Origin: an uncultured Verrucomicrobiae bacterium
GTDB taxonomy: Bacteria; Chlamydiota; Chlamydiia; Chlamydiales; Rhabdochlamydiaceae
Reading direction: 5' to 3'
Length of the DNA stretch: 64,000 nt
Assembly: GCA_963718565.1 (NCBI GenBank)
Contig: OY970364.1
Coordinates: forward strand, 1,824,001-1,888,000
Shown here: positions 1-10,576 of the stretch, one piece after another
Numbering within the stretch: position 1 is the first letter of the stretch
Layout of the letters: the number at the start of each line of letters is the position of its first letter
Made by a program: the position numbers and the translations under genes
The notes under the pieces: model-generated
Told to the model about the DNA's origin: nothing
What the model saw: the letters and a program-made list of their open reading frames with translations, nothing else
Databases searched by the model: none

Positions 1-639
1 TTCCTGCATTTCTTGCATAAATGTCCCGACATTAAAAAGAAAAATCCCCGAGTTCCAAAGATAATGGCCATCGAGAAGGTACTGCTCGGCGAGTTCAAGG
101 CTGGGCTTTTCAACAAATTCATCCACTTCATAAATGTCGGGTTCAAGAGATCGCTTAGCTTTGATATAACCATAACCTATCTCAGGCTTATGAGGACGAA
201 TGCCAAAGATCACATTGTTGCCTTTTTTCGCAAGCGTTTCCCCTTTTGCAATGGTATCTAAAAACTTTTCCTGAGGTGAAATAAAATGATCGGAGGAAGA
301 AACCAAAATCGTCTCACTTAAGGAAATCACTCCGATCTTTTGAAGATAGGCAATCGCTAAGGCAATCGCTGGGGCAGTATTTCTGCGTTCAGGTTCGATA
401 AGAATTTGATTTTCTAATTCAGGAGTAATCTCACACACTTGGGTCTTTACAAGATGATAGTAAGCTTGATTCGTGACGATGAGAAGGTCTGCGTACCGAT
501 AGCGACCTACAAAGCGCTCGATTGTTTTTTGCAGAAGTGATTTTTGATCTCCAAAATGCAAAAATTGTTTAGGGAAACAACTTCTGGAATAGGGCCAAAG
601 CCGAGTCCCGCTACCGCCAGCGAGAATGATGATTTTCAT
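1..639 (-). CDS. manC: Mannose-1-phosphate guanylyltransferase (N-terminal part; runs off the window edge)
   Basis: Not in the ORF track. Manual translation from ATG 639 gives MKIIILAGGSGTRLWPYSRSCFPKQFL...EPERRNTAPAIA...GYGYI...FVEKP...WNSGIF, all ManC motifs. Confidence 0.93.
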   Translation of the reverse strand, partial: MKIIILAGGSGTRLWPYSRSCFPKQFLHFGDQKSLLQKTIERFVGRYRYADLLIVTNQAYYHLVKTQVCEITPELENQILIEPERRNTAPAIALAIAYLQKIGVISLSETILVSSSDHFISPQEKFLDTIAKGETLAKKGNNVIFGIRPHKPEIGYGYIKAKRSLEPDIYEVDEFVEKPSLELAEQYLLDGHYLWNSGIFLFNVGTFMQEMQE

Positions 640-1735
640 GAAACTCCCCCAATTTTCGCGTGACAAAATCTTGAAATTCTTTTTGAAAACGCGCTTTATT
701 AAATTTCTGAGCATTCTCACGAAGGATTTTAGGATCAAACTCCATGCGATCGAACTCGCTCAAGATTTTTAGCAAACTTGGAATTGTTTGCGCATCAAAA
801 AATAGACCTGTTTTTCCTTCGATCACGGTTTCTAACGTCGCTCCTCGACCAAAAGCGATGACAGGCGTGCCAGCAGCTTGGGCTTCGACAACGACAATGC
901 CAAAATCTTCTTCAGCAGCAAAGATAAAGGCTTTTGCCCTTTTCATATAATCGCGAACGACAGAATCGCTTTGATGCCCTAAAATCTCAATGTTTTTGCT
1001 CGCTTTTTGTTTCACCTTCGCCATTTCGGGCCCATCGCCGATGACAACCAATTTTCTTTCAGGAGTTTGAGAAAAAGCTTCGACAATGAGATCCATCTTT
1101 TTGTAGGGCACCAAGCGAGAAACTGTGAGATAAAAGTTCTCTTTGGCCCCTTGATAGGGGATTTCTTCAACATTGACTGGCGGATAAATGACCTCAGAAT
1201 CGCGTCCATACACTTTTTTGATGCGTTTTGCAATATAATGGGAAATCGCAGCGAAATGGTCGACGCGATTTAAGGAGGCAATGTCCCAATTTCTTAAACG
1301 GTGCAAAACAAGTCGCGTGAGAAATTTTTGCAACGGGCCTAACTCTTCCAAATAACACTGTGCCAGTTCCCAAGCATAGCGCATAGGAGTGAGACAATAA
1401 CACAGGTGAAGTTGTCCAGGATGAGTGAGGGCACCTTTAGCAACAGCATGCGAGGTGGAAATGACAAGCTCGTAGTGGTTCAAATTGAATTGCTCAATTG
1501 CCAAGGGGAAAAAAGGAAGCAAATAGCGATAACAAGAAGTAGAAAAAGGAATTTTTTGCAGGAAGGAAGTATGGATTTCCGCTTTGGAGAGTGCAGTTTT
1601 TGCCAGCGCTTTGTCACAATAGACAAGGCTGTAAATCGGAGCAGGAAAGGATTCGTAAATCGCTTCCAGTGTTTTTTCTCCGCCGCCAACAGTGACGAGC
1701 CACTCATAAACGAGCGCTGTTTTAACATCTTTCAT
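611..1735 (-). CDS. GT4 glycosyltransferase (WbaZ-like, probable mannosyltransferase)
   Basis: ALVYEWLVTVGGGEK N-terminus and EEDFGIVVVEAQAAGTPVIA motif; likely start ATG 1735 (MKDVK); lies between gmd and manC. Confidence 0.88.
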   Translation of the reverse strand: MKDVKTALVYEWLVTVGGGEKTLEAIYESFPAPIYSLVYCDKALAKTALSKAEIHTSFLQKIPFSTSCYRYLLPFFPLAIEQFNLNHYELVISTSHAVAKGALTHPGQLHLCYCLTPMRYAWELAQCYLEELGPLQKFLTRLVLHRLRNWDIASLNRVDHFAAISHYIAKRIKKVYGRDSEVIYPPVNVEEIPYQGAKENFYLTVSRLVPYKKMDLIVEAFSQTPERKLVVIGDGPEMAKVKQKASKNIEILGHQSDSVVRDYMKRAKAFIFAAEEDFGIVVVEAQAAGTPVIAFGRGATLETVIEGKTGLFFDAQTIPSLLKILSEFDRMEFDPKILRENAQKFNKARFQKEFQDFVTRKLGEFHENHHSRWR

Positions 1736-1760
1736 CCGTCCTCCGGCGGAAACCCGACCC

Positions 1761-2813
1761 TTAAAGCCTGGGTTCACTGACAAGTTCTCGCGCCGAGCTT
1801 CGGACAAGTTCGAGATCGTGTTTCATCATCACTTGCACGAGTTCTTTAAGAGGGGTTTTAGAGGACCAGCCGAGTTTTTGCTTTGCTTTGCTAGAATCGC
1901 CAACCAAAAGGTCAACCTCGGAGGGCCTGAAGAATTCGGGAGAAATTTCGACGATTAGGCGGCCAGAATTTTTATCATGGCCTTTCTCATGGATACCGCG
2001 TCCCGACCATTCGATTTCCATGCCAATCTCATCAAAAGCAAGTTTCACAAATTCGCGAACAGTCGTTGTTTCTCCAGTAGCAAGGACATAATCCTCAGGC
2101 CTAGCTTGCTGCAGCATGAGCCACATTCCTTCCACGAAATCTTTTGCATATCCCCAATCGCGTTTTGCATCGAGGTTGCCAAGAACGAGCTTATCCTGCA
2201 AACCTGCGGCAATTTTTGCAACGGCCAGAGTAATTTTCCGCGAAACGAAAGTTTCACCTCTTCGCGGGCTTTCATGATTAAACAAAATGCCGTTGCAGGC
2301 GTAGAGATTATAAGCTTCTCTATAGTTCACGATCGCCCAATACGCATAGAGCTTGGCCACCCCATAAGGAGAGCGAGGATAGAAAGGCGTTGTCTCAGAC
2401 TGAGGGATTTGTTGGGCTTTGCCATAAAGTTCCGATGTCGATGCTTGATAAAGACGTGTATGAGGAGAATTTTTACGTACGGACTCTAAAAGTCTAAGAA
2501 CGCCCACCCCAGCGATATTGGCGGTGTATTCTGGAATATCAAAAGAGACTCTCACATGGCTCATCGCTGCTAAATTATAAATTTCATCCGGCTGAAGTAA
2601 GTCGACAAGCCGGTCCAAAGATGAGGAGTCTGCGAGATCCCCTTCGTGCAAGGTAATTTCCCGGGTGGGATCTAAGAGTGTTTGGATGCGAGATAAATTT
2701 GATGTGGAAGAGCGTCGAACAAGGCCATGGACATCATATCCTTTCTCCAAGAGGAGTTCTGCCAAATAAGAGCCATCCTGTCCTGTAATCCCCGTAATCA
2801 GAGCCTTTTTCAC
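1761..2813 (-). CDS. gmd: GDP-mannose 4,6-dehydratase
   Basis: [63 protein letters not shown] motifs. Confidence 0.97.
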   Translation of the reverse strand: MKKALITGITGQDGSYLAELLLEKGYDVHGLVRRSSTSNLSRIQTLLDPTREITLHEGDLADSSSLDRLVDLLQPDEIYNLAAMSHVRVSFDIPEYTANIAGVGVLRLLESVRKNSPHTRLYQASTSELYGKAQQIPQSETTPFYPRSPYGVAKLYAYWAIVNYREAYNLYACNGILFNHESPRRGETFVSRKITLAVAKIAAGLQDKLVLGNLDAKRDWGYAKDFVEGMWLMLQQARPEDYVLATGETTTVREFVKLAFDEIGMEIEWSGRGIHEKGHDKNSGRLIVEISPEFFRPSEVDLLVGDSSKAKQKLGWSSKTPLKELVQVMMKHDLELVRSSARELVSEPRL

Positions 2814-2897
2814 GTTTTCCTCTTTTGCATATTTGCGAAAAAATGGTCGAAAGATCAGATTACACGATTCGCGAAATTTTTTTCACGGGAATTACTG

Positions 2898-5195
2898 TTA
2901 AGGACAAGAGCCCGGTGGATTTACGTCTGTTAATTGGAACTGGCCTATATTTGTCGTATTGTCCGACCCAGTAGTCCTATTGAATGTCCCCCCAGAATTC
3001 GCGAAGAAATAAGGAGTGGGGCTACTAGCAGGCGTCGCGCTATTGCCAATAAATTCTAAACACAATGAGCCAGACGTCTGAATATCGGCTGCGTAACCAC
3101 TCACTTCATTGTTGCCGCCAATAAAAGTATTATCTAGCACCTGCAATGAAGCACTTTCTGGAGAGAACAGGTGATAAAAAATGGCAGTGCTCGAAGAATT
3201 GAGATTATAGAAAGAATTTCCTGATACGCTAAGGTCTTTGATCGGGTTAAGGGCAAGTTGAAATACAACGCCCATACTACTACTACTCAGATTTTCGAAG
3301 GCATTGTTAGAAACATTGAAATGATTGATAACACCATCTACAGAGGCATTAATAGCGCTGGATACTGAGAAATTGGTAAATAAACAATCCGATATGTTTA
3401 GGTTGTCCAGAATGCCAGAGTCGGTGGATATGAAAATGGCGCTAGTCTGACTGATGTTATTAAAAGAGCAACTTGAGATATTTAAATTATCGAGTGTACC
3501 ATTAACGACGACATAAATTGACATAGAGAAGTGGGAGAAATTATTAAAAGCATTATCGGAAATGATCGCTGCACCTAAGGCACCCCCATTCATGTTCAAG
3601 AAAACACCATTACCACCGTTACCATTGATTTCAATAAAGTGACTCAAAGAATTTCCCGTGATACTCAAACTAGCAAGCATGGAACCAGCATCAAGCTCCA
3701 GATAGATTCCATTGCCGTGGTGCCCTATATTAGTACAAGAAAATCCAGTAAAAGAACTATCACTGATAAAGACTTGTCCAGAAGGATTAACCAAATTGAT
3801 TCCATCGAAGTTGGGGTTGCTTGCGATAAAGGCATTCTGACCGGCAAAAAGATTGGAGATCCCAGTTCCTACAAGACCATATCCGTGTTGTACCAACACA
3901 TTAAACCCTGAAACGGCATTATTATTTGCTAAAGTCACAATGTTGCCAGCGGTATTGGTGATATTGGGCGAACTGGATGCGAGTGGAGGGACGACGACGG
4001 TCCCCGCTGCCGTTACCACAGATTGCTGTACGCCGGCGCCTAAGAATATCTGCCCATTTTGCAGGGTAATCCCGCTATTCATCCCTCGAGTGGTTCCATC
4101 TCCAGGGAATACGTAGATGCCTTGGTTTGGGAGGGAAGCATTCTGTGCAGCCAAAAGCGTGGGGAAGGGATCTTCAAACGTTCCAGCTGAAGAGCTCGTA
4201 TTGTCCACGAACCAGAAGAACCAGGGTTTTCCTGTCGCAGGATCAATGGCACGCGAGGTAACTTTTTGTTTGCCAACGGGAATGATTTCATAGCGATCGA
4301 CTCGTTGCATGGCGCGCGCATATAAAGTTGCCATTTTTGAACAGGATCGATCCTCTTTTTTTTCTACTTTCCATCTTCTTCCAAAAGGGATATTAATGCT
4401 GGCTTGCGCCTGACCGACCCATCCAAAGAAATGGTCATAGGAGACGTTGCCTTCTATGCGAAGATAACGGCGGAATAAATCGACAGCGCCGCGTAGTTCC
4501 CCTCCCCAAGTGCTCGCCCCTACTCCAGTCAAATAGTAAGGGCCTGCTGCAAAGTAGAGGGGTGCGTTTTCAAAATGATCGACATGGACTCCCATTTCAG
4601 CATTGGCGCCTTTCATCGCAAAATTGCGCTTTCTTTTGATGAGCATGGCGTGTTCTTCAAAAGCAACAAATTTGGGATGAGAAAATGGGCTTTGCTTTCT
4701 GCCTACAGGAAGGTAACCATTCATGCGGAAATCCCAAACTCTTCCCAAGGACTCAAGCCCTACAGCGACTTGATTGTAGTGCTGGCGTTCGGTGTTGCGA
4801 TAATCATAATAAGCATTCACTCCCCATACACGTGAACGGGCCAAGTAACGCAGTCCTAATCCTGCATTTGCAGCCAGTTTACCGTTATCGAAGACATGCC
4901 CGCGCAGATCCAAAAAGGGAATCCAGGCATCTTTGGGCAGATTCCTAGGAGTAAAAAAGCCTTCCAAGGTAGTGTAGCCGTTCTTGTAGCCGATACCTTC
5001 AGGGGTCGTATAACGCACAGAAGCCCATCGATGATGAGGGCCTTTACATCTTTCTTTTTCTAGCGTTTGTTGGGGAACAGATTCCTCAGCTTGATGAGAA
5101 GAGATCTCCTCAGTTTGAAGCAAAAGATTTTCATCAGCCAAAATACCTGCGCTGGTCAGCGTCAAAGCACATAAGCTATTGAACCAATGAATCAT
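2898..5195 (-). CDS. Inverse autotransporter (intimin/invasin-type beta-barrel with beta-helix-like passenger)
   Basis: Signal peptide from ATG 5195; barrel motifs ANAGLGLRYL, WGVNAYYDYR, GLESLG..WDFRMNGYLPVG; Asn/Ser-rich repetitive C-terminal passenger (LDNLNIS repeats). Confidence 0.75.
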   Translation of the reverse strand: MIHWFNSLCALTLTSAGILADENLLLQTEEISSHQAEESVPQQTLEKERCKGPHHRWASVRYTTPEGIGYKNGYTTLEGFFTPRNLPKDAWIPFLDLRGHVFDNGKLAANAGLGLRYLARSRVWGVNAYYDYRNTERQHYNQVAVGLESLGRVWDFRMNGYLPVGRKQSPFSHPKFVAFEEHAMLIKRKRNFAMKGANAEMGVHVDHFENAPLYFAAGPYYLTGVGASTWGGELRGAVDLFRRYLRIEGNVSYDHFFGWVGQAQASINIPFGRRWKVEKKEDRSCSKMATLYARAMQRVDRYEIIPVGKQKVTSRAIDPATGKPWFFWFVDNTSSSAGTFEDPFPTLLAAQNASLPNQGIYVFPGDGTTRGMNSGITLQNGQIFLGAGVQQSVVTAAGTVVVPPLASSSPNITNTAGNIVTLANNNAVSGFNVLVQHGYGLVGTGISNLFAGQNAFIASNPNFDGINLVNPSGQVFISDSSFTGFSCTNIGHHGNGIYLELDAGSMLASLSITGNSLSHFIEINGNGGNGVFLNMNGGALGAAIISDNAFNNFSHFSMSIYVVVNGTLDNLNISSCSFNNISQTSAIFISTDSGILDNLNISDCLFTNFSVSSAINASVDGVINHFNVSNNAFENLSSSSMGVVFQLALNPIKDLSVSGNSFYNLNSSSTAIFYHLFSPESASLQVLDNTFIGGNNEVSGYAADIQTSGSLCLEFIGNSATPASSPTPYFFANSGGTFNRTTGSDNTTNIGQFQLTDVNPPGSCP

Positions 5196-5229
5196 TGAAC
5201 TTTCCCCCAAACAAACTCTTTGGCGATAA

Positions 5230-5263
5230 GGGTCAGTCCACAAACCTGTTTGTGGACTGACTC
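5230..5263. mobile_element. Collapsed 34-bp MITE (family A; two abutted TIRs), flanked by TAA
   Basis: TAA|GGGTCAGTCCACAAAC-CT-GTTTGTGGACTGACTC|TAA; same TIR as 8204, 9542 and 27616. Confidence 0.75.
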
Positions 5264-5327
5264 TAAGGCCACTATGTTCTGTAGAACATTTTTTAGTAAA
5301 GTTTTCTGACTAATTTCCCCCAGAAAA

Positions 5328-6587
5328 TCACCCCGTTTTGTTGGTTTTGCAATTCCCTCTAAGAATTTCCTCGAATATTTTCATATAGCCTTCGGCAGAT
5401 CTTTCCCAGGTAAATTTGCTAATGGCCTCTTTGGATTGTAAGGCTTTTGACTTAGCTTCTTGGGAATGGGTGAGGATGTGATCAATTTTACCAGCAATAT
5501 CTTCTGGTGACCTGGGATTGAAAACCTCTGCATGGACTTGATGAACGGCCATGTGTTCAAGGAAAGGAGGAATATTTGACATGGCCACGGGCGCGCCTCT
5601 TTCCCAGGCATCAAATCCGGGGACGTTTCCCCCTTCATATAAAGAAGGGTTGACGACAGCAGAGGCGCACTGGATCAGCGAATCGATCTCTTCGTTGGTC
5701 ACATAGCCCAGTCCGAAGACATCTTGGGGTTCGCAGTCCATTTCCACGCCAATAGCGCATATGCGGCCATTGATGACTTCGGTCCCAAGTCCTGTAAAAA
5801 CCAGAAGCAAATCGGGGTGCTTTTTCTTCAGTATCGCAAAAGCAGAAGCTAGAGGCCCAGTATTCTTGTGGCTGCAGATATTTGTCGGGCAAAGAAGATA
5901 CTCTTTTTTGATGCCTAGTTTGTTTCTGACAATATTAAGAGCCCTATCTTTATCAATTGCTGAAATGTTGCTTGTAGGGGCGACTGGGACAACTTTTGTT
6001 TTATGCCAAAATTCTGGATAAAATTTTTGCAGTTCGCCGCGCATAAATTCCGTGGAGACAATGGGTATCGCTCTGGAAAGCCAGATCGGCATTTCTCGAT
6101 TGAGTAATTCTAATACCCAAGGCACCATGACTTGTCCTGAGAAGAAATATTTGTAGTTAAAGTCATGGAATATACCTGCCATCGGGCACTTGAGCTCAGG
6201 ACATTTCAGATGGAAGGGCCAGATGAAAAAGGCGATGTCATAATCGATGATAAGAGTTTCAAGTTCTTTATGGACTGCTCCAGACAAATAAAAGGATATC
6301 GAGGACAAAGGTCCGGCAAATTTGCGCTGAAATAAATTCACCACATGGCGGCTGCCCCTGATATTGAATAGATCTCTGCCTGCTAACTTTGTTGAGGAAA
6401 GACCATGGATAGGAATCCCGTGAGCTTTGAAGACTTCATCCTGTTTTTCACGTAGGATGCTGTGAGGGTTTCCGAAAAAAGTGATCGATGTATTAGGCCT
6501 AATTTTTTTTAAGGCAGGAAGCAATGCTCGCGCAACGCGTGAACCTCCTCCTGGATTTCCGACATGGTCGATAACAGCAATTTTCAT
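5328..6587 (-). CDS. GT4 glycosyltransferase
   Basis: GNPGGGSRV N-terminus; PSLYEGGNVPGFDAWERGAPV GT-B motif variant. Confidence 0.82.
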   Translation of the reverse strand: MKIAVIDHVGNPGGGSRVARALLPALKKIRPNTSITFFGNPHSILREKQDEVFKAHGIPIHGLSSTKLAGRDLFNIRGSRHVVNLFQRKFAGPLSSISFYLSGAVHKELETLIIDYDIAFFIWPFHLKCPELKCPMAGIFHDFNYKYFFSGQVMVPWVLELLNREMPIWLSRAIPIVSTEFMRGELQKFYPEFWHKTKVVPVAPTSNISAIDKDRALNIVRNKLGIKKEYLLCPTNICSHKNTGPLASAFAILKKKHPDLLLVFTGLGTEVINGRICAIGVEMDCEPQDVFGLGYVTNEEIDSLIQCASAVVNPSLYEGGNVPGFDAWERGAPVAMSNIPPFLEHMAVHQVHAEVFNPRSPEDIAGKIDHILTHSQEAKSKALQSKEAISKFTWERSAEGYMKIFEEILRGNCKTNKTG

Positions 6588-8116
6588 ATATTTTTGTTTT
6601 CAATGACCGTTTTTGAGAACAGACGCATCAAAGTCTCTCTCGCACGATTGCGTGCATAAGGGGAAACCAGAATGGATATCAACAGCGATGTAACATATGT
6701 CGACCCCAGAATTAAAACCGTGGAAGCCATATTGATATCTTTTTCAGGAAAAAAACATCGACCTGCCACAATGACCGCAAGCGAAGCAACAAAAGGGAGG
6801 CCCACATCCTGAATAAACCAACGGGATTTTTCATCCTTGATGATGCGTCGGTGCATCATATGAACAGATAATAAAAGAAAGCCGGCATTCATCACAATCC
6901 AAACCCAAGCGACCCCTTCTGCTCCAAAATGCACCGCACTCCAGTACATCAATGGAATCATGAGGATCAGATTGAGCAAATTCAAATAAAAGGAGAGCCT
7001 CGTCCATCCATAAGCATATTGCAGGGCTGTTGGCAAAACCAATAGCGCATTGAGCACCGTTTGGGTCATCAACAGTTTCACCAAAAAACTTGTTTTTTGA
7101 ACGATTTCTAGGCTTTGTGTCCAAAGAAATATGAGCTCAGAAGAAAAGAAAATGACAAAAAGAGCAGTGGGAACAACTAACGCCGACATCAATTGGCAGG
7201 AGATGTGATAAATATGTTTCAATTGATTGTGATCATTCAAAGAGATCAGTTGACTGAAGCGAGGGAAAAAAACGGAGTAAAGCGAGGCAGCGATATGCGG
7301 CAAAACCCAGGTAATTGTATTTGCAAAAGTATAATAGCCAAACAGGTCGAGAGGCAGGATCCGGCTTAAAAACATTTTGTCCAAATGGATGCAGGTCATT
7401 CCAATGATGGTAACGCCCGCGATTCCTATCGCATAGCCTCGTAAACGGCCTAAAATTGTTTTATCAAATCTCGGGGCGGCAGACCCTTTCGGAAGGCCCC
7501 TCCATAAAAACAGAGCAGTAAGGCAGGTTTGAATGATATTGATGATAATCTGCCAAATGAAAAAAGCCTGAATTGTCGGTGAGACATAAGTCAAGATCAA
7601 AACCATCCCAATCGCCCTTACCGTTCCCACAATCACGTTAATTGTATTGAGTAGGACTTGCTTTTGAAGACCCATTAATCCTCCTATATATAAAGAGGAA
7701 GGCCATAAAAACCCTAAAGCGATACCCATGCAAAAGATCCCCTGTTTGATCGTTGCGCGAGGGAGTTCCTTAGCATTGACCCAATGCTCACTGATGAATG
7801 GAGCTGCTAAAAAAACGCATATAGCAATCCCTATTGCCGTTGTCCAATAAATCACTTCTAGAGTTCGTGTAAGATCGCGAAAGTCTTTGGGTGGATTGGG
7901 TTGAGAACTGAGCCTTGCCATTTCTCTTGTCATTGAAGAGCCAAGTCCAAGATCAAAAATAGTAGACAGAGCGACAAGGGCGGTATAAATCCCCACTAAT
8001 CCATAAGCTTCAAAACCAATTAATTTGACGTAATAGGGTAAAAAAATAAGAGATATTGTGGTTGTCCATATTTTACCAACAAAATTAGCTGTGAAGTTTT
8101 TCTTTATGGAAGACAT
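6584..8116 (-). CDS. wzx: Wzx-type polysaccharide flippase (MOP superfamily)
   Basis: 510 aa multi-TM protein; KKNFTANFVGKIW, EAYGLVG, DLGLG, LDKMFLSRILPLDLFGYY motifs. Confidence 0.85.
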   Translation of the reverse strand: MSSIKKNFTANFVGKIWTTTISLIFLPYYVKLIGFEAYGLVGIYTALVALSTIFDLGLGSSMTREMARLSSQPNPPKDFRDLTRTLEVIYWTTAIGIAICVFLAAPFISEHWVNAKELPRATIKQGIFCMGIALGFLWPSSLYIGGLMGLQKQVLLNTINVIVGTVRAIGMVLILTYVSPTIQAFFIWQIIINIIQTCLTALFLWRGLPKGSAAPRFDKTILGRLRGYAIGIAGVTIIGMTCIHLDKMFLSRILPLDLFGYYTFANTITWVLPHIAASLYSVFFPRFSQLISLNDHNQLKHIYHISCQLMSALVVPTALFVIFFSSELIFLWTQSLEIVQKTSFLVKLLMTQTVLNALLVLPTALQYAYGWTRLSFYLNLLNLILMIPLMYWSAVHFGAEGVAWVWIVMNAGFLLLSVHMMHRRIIKDEKSRWFIQDVGLPFVASLAVIVAGRCFFPEKDINMASTVLILGSTYVTSLLISILVSPYARNRARETLMRLFSKTVIENKNI

Positions 8117-8331
8117 TTACCATGTAATTTTCGAAATTTACATTTGCAGACCGGGTGCGGTGTATCTTGGCAAACCTTCTTCATTTAAGGCAAGGCAAGT
8201 TTAGAGTCAGTCCACAAACCTAGTTATACTGAAGAAACTTCAAAGATTGGTTTTTTAGCCCCCTGTAACGCCTGTACGAACACAGCCGGCAGGGGATCAA
8301 CGCAAAGACGCATTGCAGCATCTATTATTTT

Positions 8332-9510
8332 CTCACCTTACGCAAAATGGGCTCCAACCATATCGCAACCAGTTCTGAACCGCAGCCGTTCAAGTTCTAA
8401 AAATGCCATTCGATTTGCCTTTATCAGTAATTGATATTTCAGAGCAAAATGATTCAAAAAAGTTTGAGTTCGGAGAAATTCCAACTTGCAATAAGCGATG
8501 ATTGATGCAAAAATATGGTTCTTTTGAGAGCGCAGAACCTTAGTCGGCGATTTCTCAAGGCTAGTGTTCTGCTTGATCGATTTGTGATATTCTTCTATGC
8601 GCCACCGTTTTTGGTAGATTTCGTAGATTCGGTCAGCACTACTTTCTAAGTCATTTGTAACAAGGTATAGAGTGCCTGTAGAGCCGTCTTCGTTTTTGAA
8701 GATCTTTGTAATGAGTGCTACAGAAAAAGACATGTCTTTTAGCCAGACTATTCTTTTTTCTCCATCCTTGAGTGGTAATGCATTTAGATTTTGGTACTGA
8801 CCATTTTTTCTGTCCTCTTCAGAAAGAGCGACCAATCGATTAGCTTTGATCCCAATTACAAACTTCTTTTTCATATCATAATGAATAAACTCCATATTTT
8901 TTTTCGCTCCGAACCAATTATCAGACAATATATAGTCAAATTTAACCTTATTGGTTACAGCTTGGGCAATCATAGATCGAAACATTTGATTTTTACTGAC
9001 TGAAGACTGTCTTTTTACTTTTTTGCTGGCGACATCACAAAAAAGCACGTCTTTATAAATAGGCTCATAAGCAATGGGTAAGGCAATATCTCCGTAGCGA
9101 GCAAGACATGATAAAAGGTTGACCCCCTTCACACATCTTCCCTTGGCATGCGAGTAATGCCAACAAATAATCTCATTTTCGTCCGTGTAGGTCTTCTCTT
9201 CAATCGTGTCATCAAAAATAAGCACTCCTCCTACATCTTGTTCAATCTTGCGAATTTCCGGCTTGATGTATTCCCATAGCTCTTTGGATGAAAATTCATT
9301 GCTGTTCAAAAATCTAGTAATTTTGTCATGACTAATCCGGCCTTCTAAGAGATCTGAGAGACCAACTGCTGTTGCATATTGATTCTGAGCAATCAAGTAA
9401 TCCGAATAGATATCGAGTAGTCTGTTCATTTTTTCTCCAAAAAATTGAACAAGACTACGAAAAAAAGACAGGCCTTATCAAGAAATTTTTACCGATTTGC
9501 GTAAGGTGAG
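8332..9510 (-). mobile_element. IS701-like insertion sequence, copy 1 (1179 bp)
   Basis: 15-bp TIRs CTCACCTTACGCAAA / TTTGCGTAAGGTGAG; 7-bp direct repeat TTATTTT at 8325-8331 and 9511-9517. Confidence 0.9.
8338..9429 (-). CDS. DDE transposase (IS701-like / IS4 superfamily)
   Basis: LIFDDT, ILSDNWF and YQKRWRIEEYHKSIKQ (YREK-type) motifs. Confidence 0.9.
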   Translation of the reverse strand: MNRLLDIYSDYLIAQNQYATAVGLSDLLEGRISHDKITRFLNSNEFSSKELWEYIKPEIRKIEQDVGGVLIFDDTIEEKTYTDENEIICWHYSHAKGRCVKGVNLLSCLARYGDIALPIAYEPIYKDVLFCDVASKKVKRQSSVSKNQMFRSMIAQAVTNKVKFDYILSDNWFGAKKNMEFIHYDMKKKFVIGIKANRLVALSEEDRKNGQYQNLNALPLKDGEKRIVWLKDMSFSVALITKIFKNEDGSTGTLYLVTNDLESSADRIYEIYQKRWRIEEYHKSIKQNTSLEKSPTKVLRSQKNHIFASIIAYCKLEFLRTQTFLNHFALKYQLLIKANRMAFLELERLRFRTGCDMVGAHFA

Positions 9511-9559
9511 TTATTTTGCATTCATTCACGAAGGGTATCACAGGTTTGTGGACTGACTC

Positions 9560-10576
9560 TTAGAGCCATTTTGCATAATGTTTGTAGTGGCGAAACGACC
9601 TTTGCTGTTTAAAGTTCTTTAACTTACGGACCCAGAGGACTACAGATGTAAAAAAAGGGAAGCAGAGGCAGAGCCTAGCTAAATTTAATAGAACAAAAGT
9701 TTCCAAATTCAAGCCCTGTTTTTCTTTAAATGAAAATGCAGAATTGCAGGCTAATTGAAATTGTCTGTTATAAATATGTCTAAGAATGATTGACTTGTTT
9801 AATTTTTTTAAGTCTTTAGTGATTAATTCTGAGGCTTTTTTTTTACTGTCTAGATCAAGATATGAGTTTAAATGGATACGTTCTATTATGCGATGGAAAG
9901 CAAAGCTCCAATCTTCGAACCTTTTAGAGTTTGAATAAGACGAATGATGCAAATAAATTCCGCAGGGTCGCTTAGAGATATGAAATGGAAAACGGGCTGC
10001 ACTCTGAAGCAGGAAGTCGCAGTCCCAAGTTAAAGAATTGCCCATATCTATCGAAATCACATCAATGATTTTTCGATGGAAAAGGATGCACGAAGGGATG
10101 GGGTACTTGGAGGCCATTTCCAACACTCCCTCAGGAGGGGAAAACACACCCTCTCTTTCCCATAGATCAAGGGGCACCCGAATCACTTTTCCCTCTTCGG
10201 TCATGATGATTGCGGAGCCGGCTGAAAATGCACATTCAGGAAATTGTTTAAATCCCCGTAATGCCTCTTCGCAAAACCAGGGGAACAAAACATCATCATC
10301 TGAGAGAAAAGAAAAATATTCTGTTTTCACTCTCGACAAACTATACTGATAGTTCTGAATCAGACCGATATTTTGTTCATGACGATGGTATGCAAGACGG
10401 TCATCTTTTTTCATGCATTCTCTCACAACTTTTTCAGTCTTATCATTGGATGCATCGTCATAAACGTGCACTTGAATGTCTTTAAAGGTTTGATTTAATG
10501 CGCTGATGATTGCTCGCTTTAGCAATTGTGGGCGTTTATATGTGGGAATAATTGTTGTAATTAATGGACCGGGCAT
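9560..10576 (-). CDS. GT2 glycosyltransferase
   Basis: IIPTYKR, YDDASND, FLSDDD motifs; its stop codon is the TTA target duplication of the MITE. Confidence 0.88.
   Translation of the reverse strand: MPGPLITTIIPTYKRPQLLKRAIISALNQTFKDIQVHVYDDASNDKTEKVVRECMKKDDRLAYHRHEQNIGLIQNYQYSLSRVKTEYFSFLSDDDVLFPWFCEEALRGFKQFPECAFSAGSAIIMTEEGKVIRVPLDLWEREGVFSPPEGVLEMASKYPIPSCILFHRKIIDVISIDMGNSLTWDCDFLLQSAARFPFHISKRPCGIYLHHSSYSNSKRFEDWSFAFHRIIERIHLNSYLDLDSKKKASELITKDLKKLNKSIILRHIYNRQFQLACNSAFSFKEKQGLNLETFVLLNLARLCLCFPFFTSVVLWVRKLKNFKQQRSFRHYKHYAKWL

Larger units (their letters stand above)
8204..9559. mobile_element. Family A MITE (about 170 bp once the nested IS is removed), 18-bp TIRs, TTA target duplication
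   Basis: TTA|GAGTCAGTCCACAAACCT ... AGGTTTGTGGACTGACTC|TTA. Confidence 0.82.
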
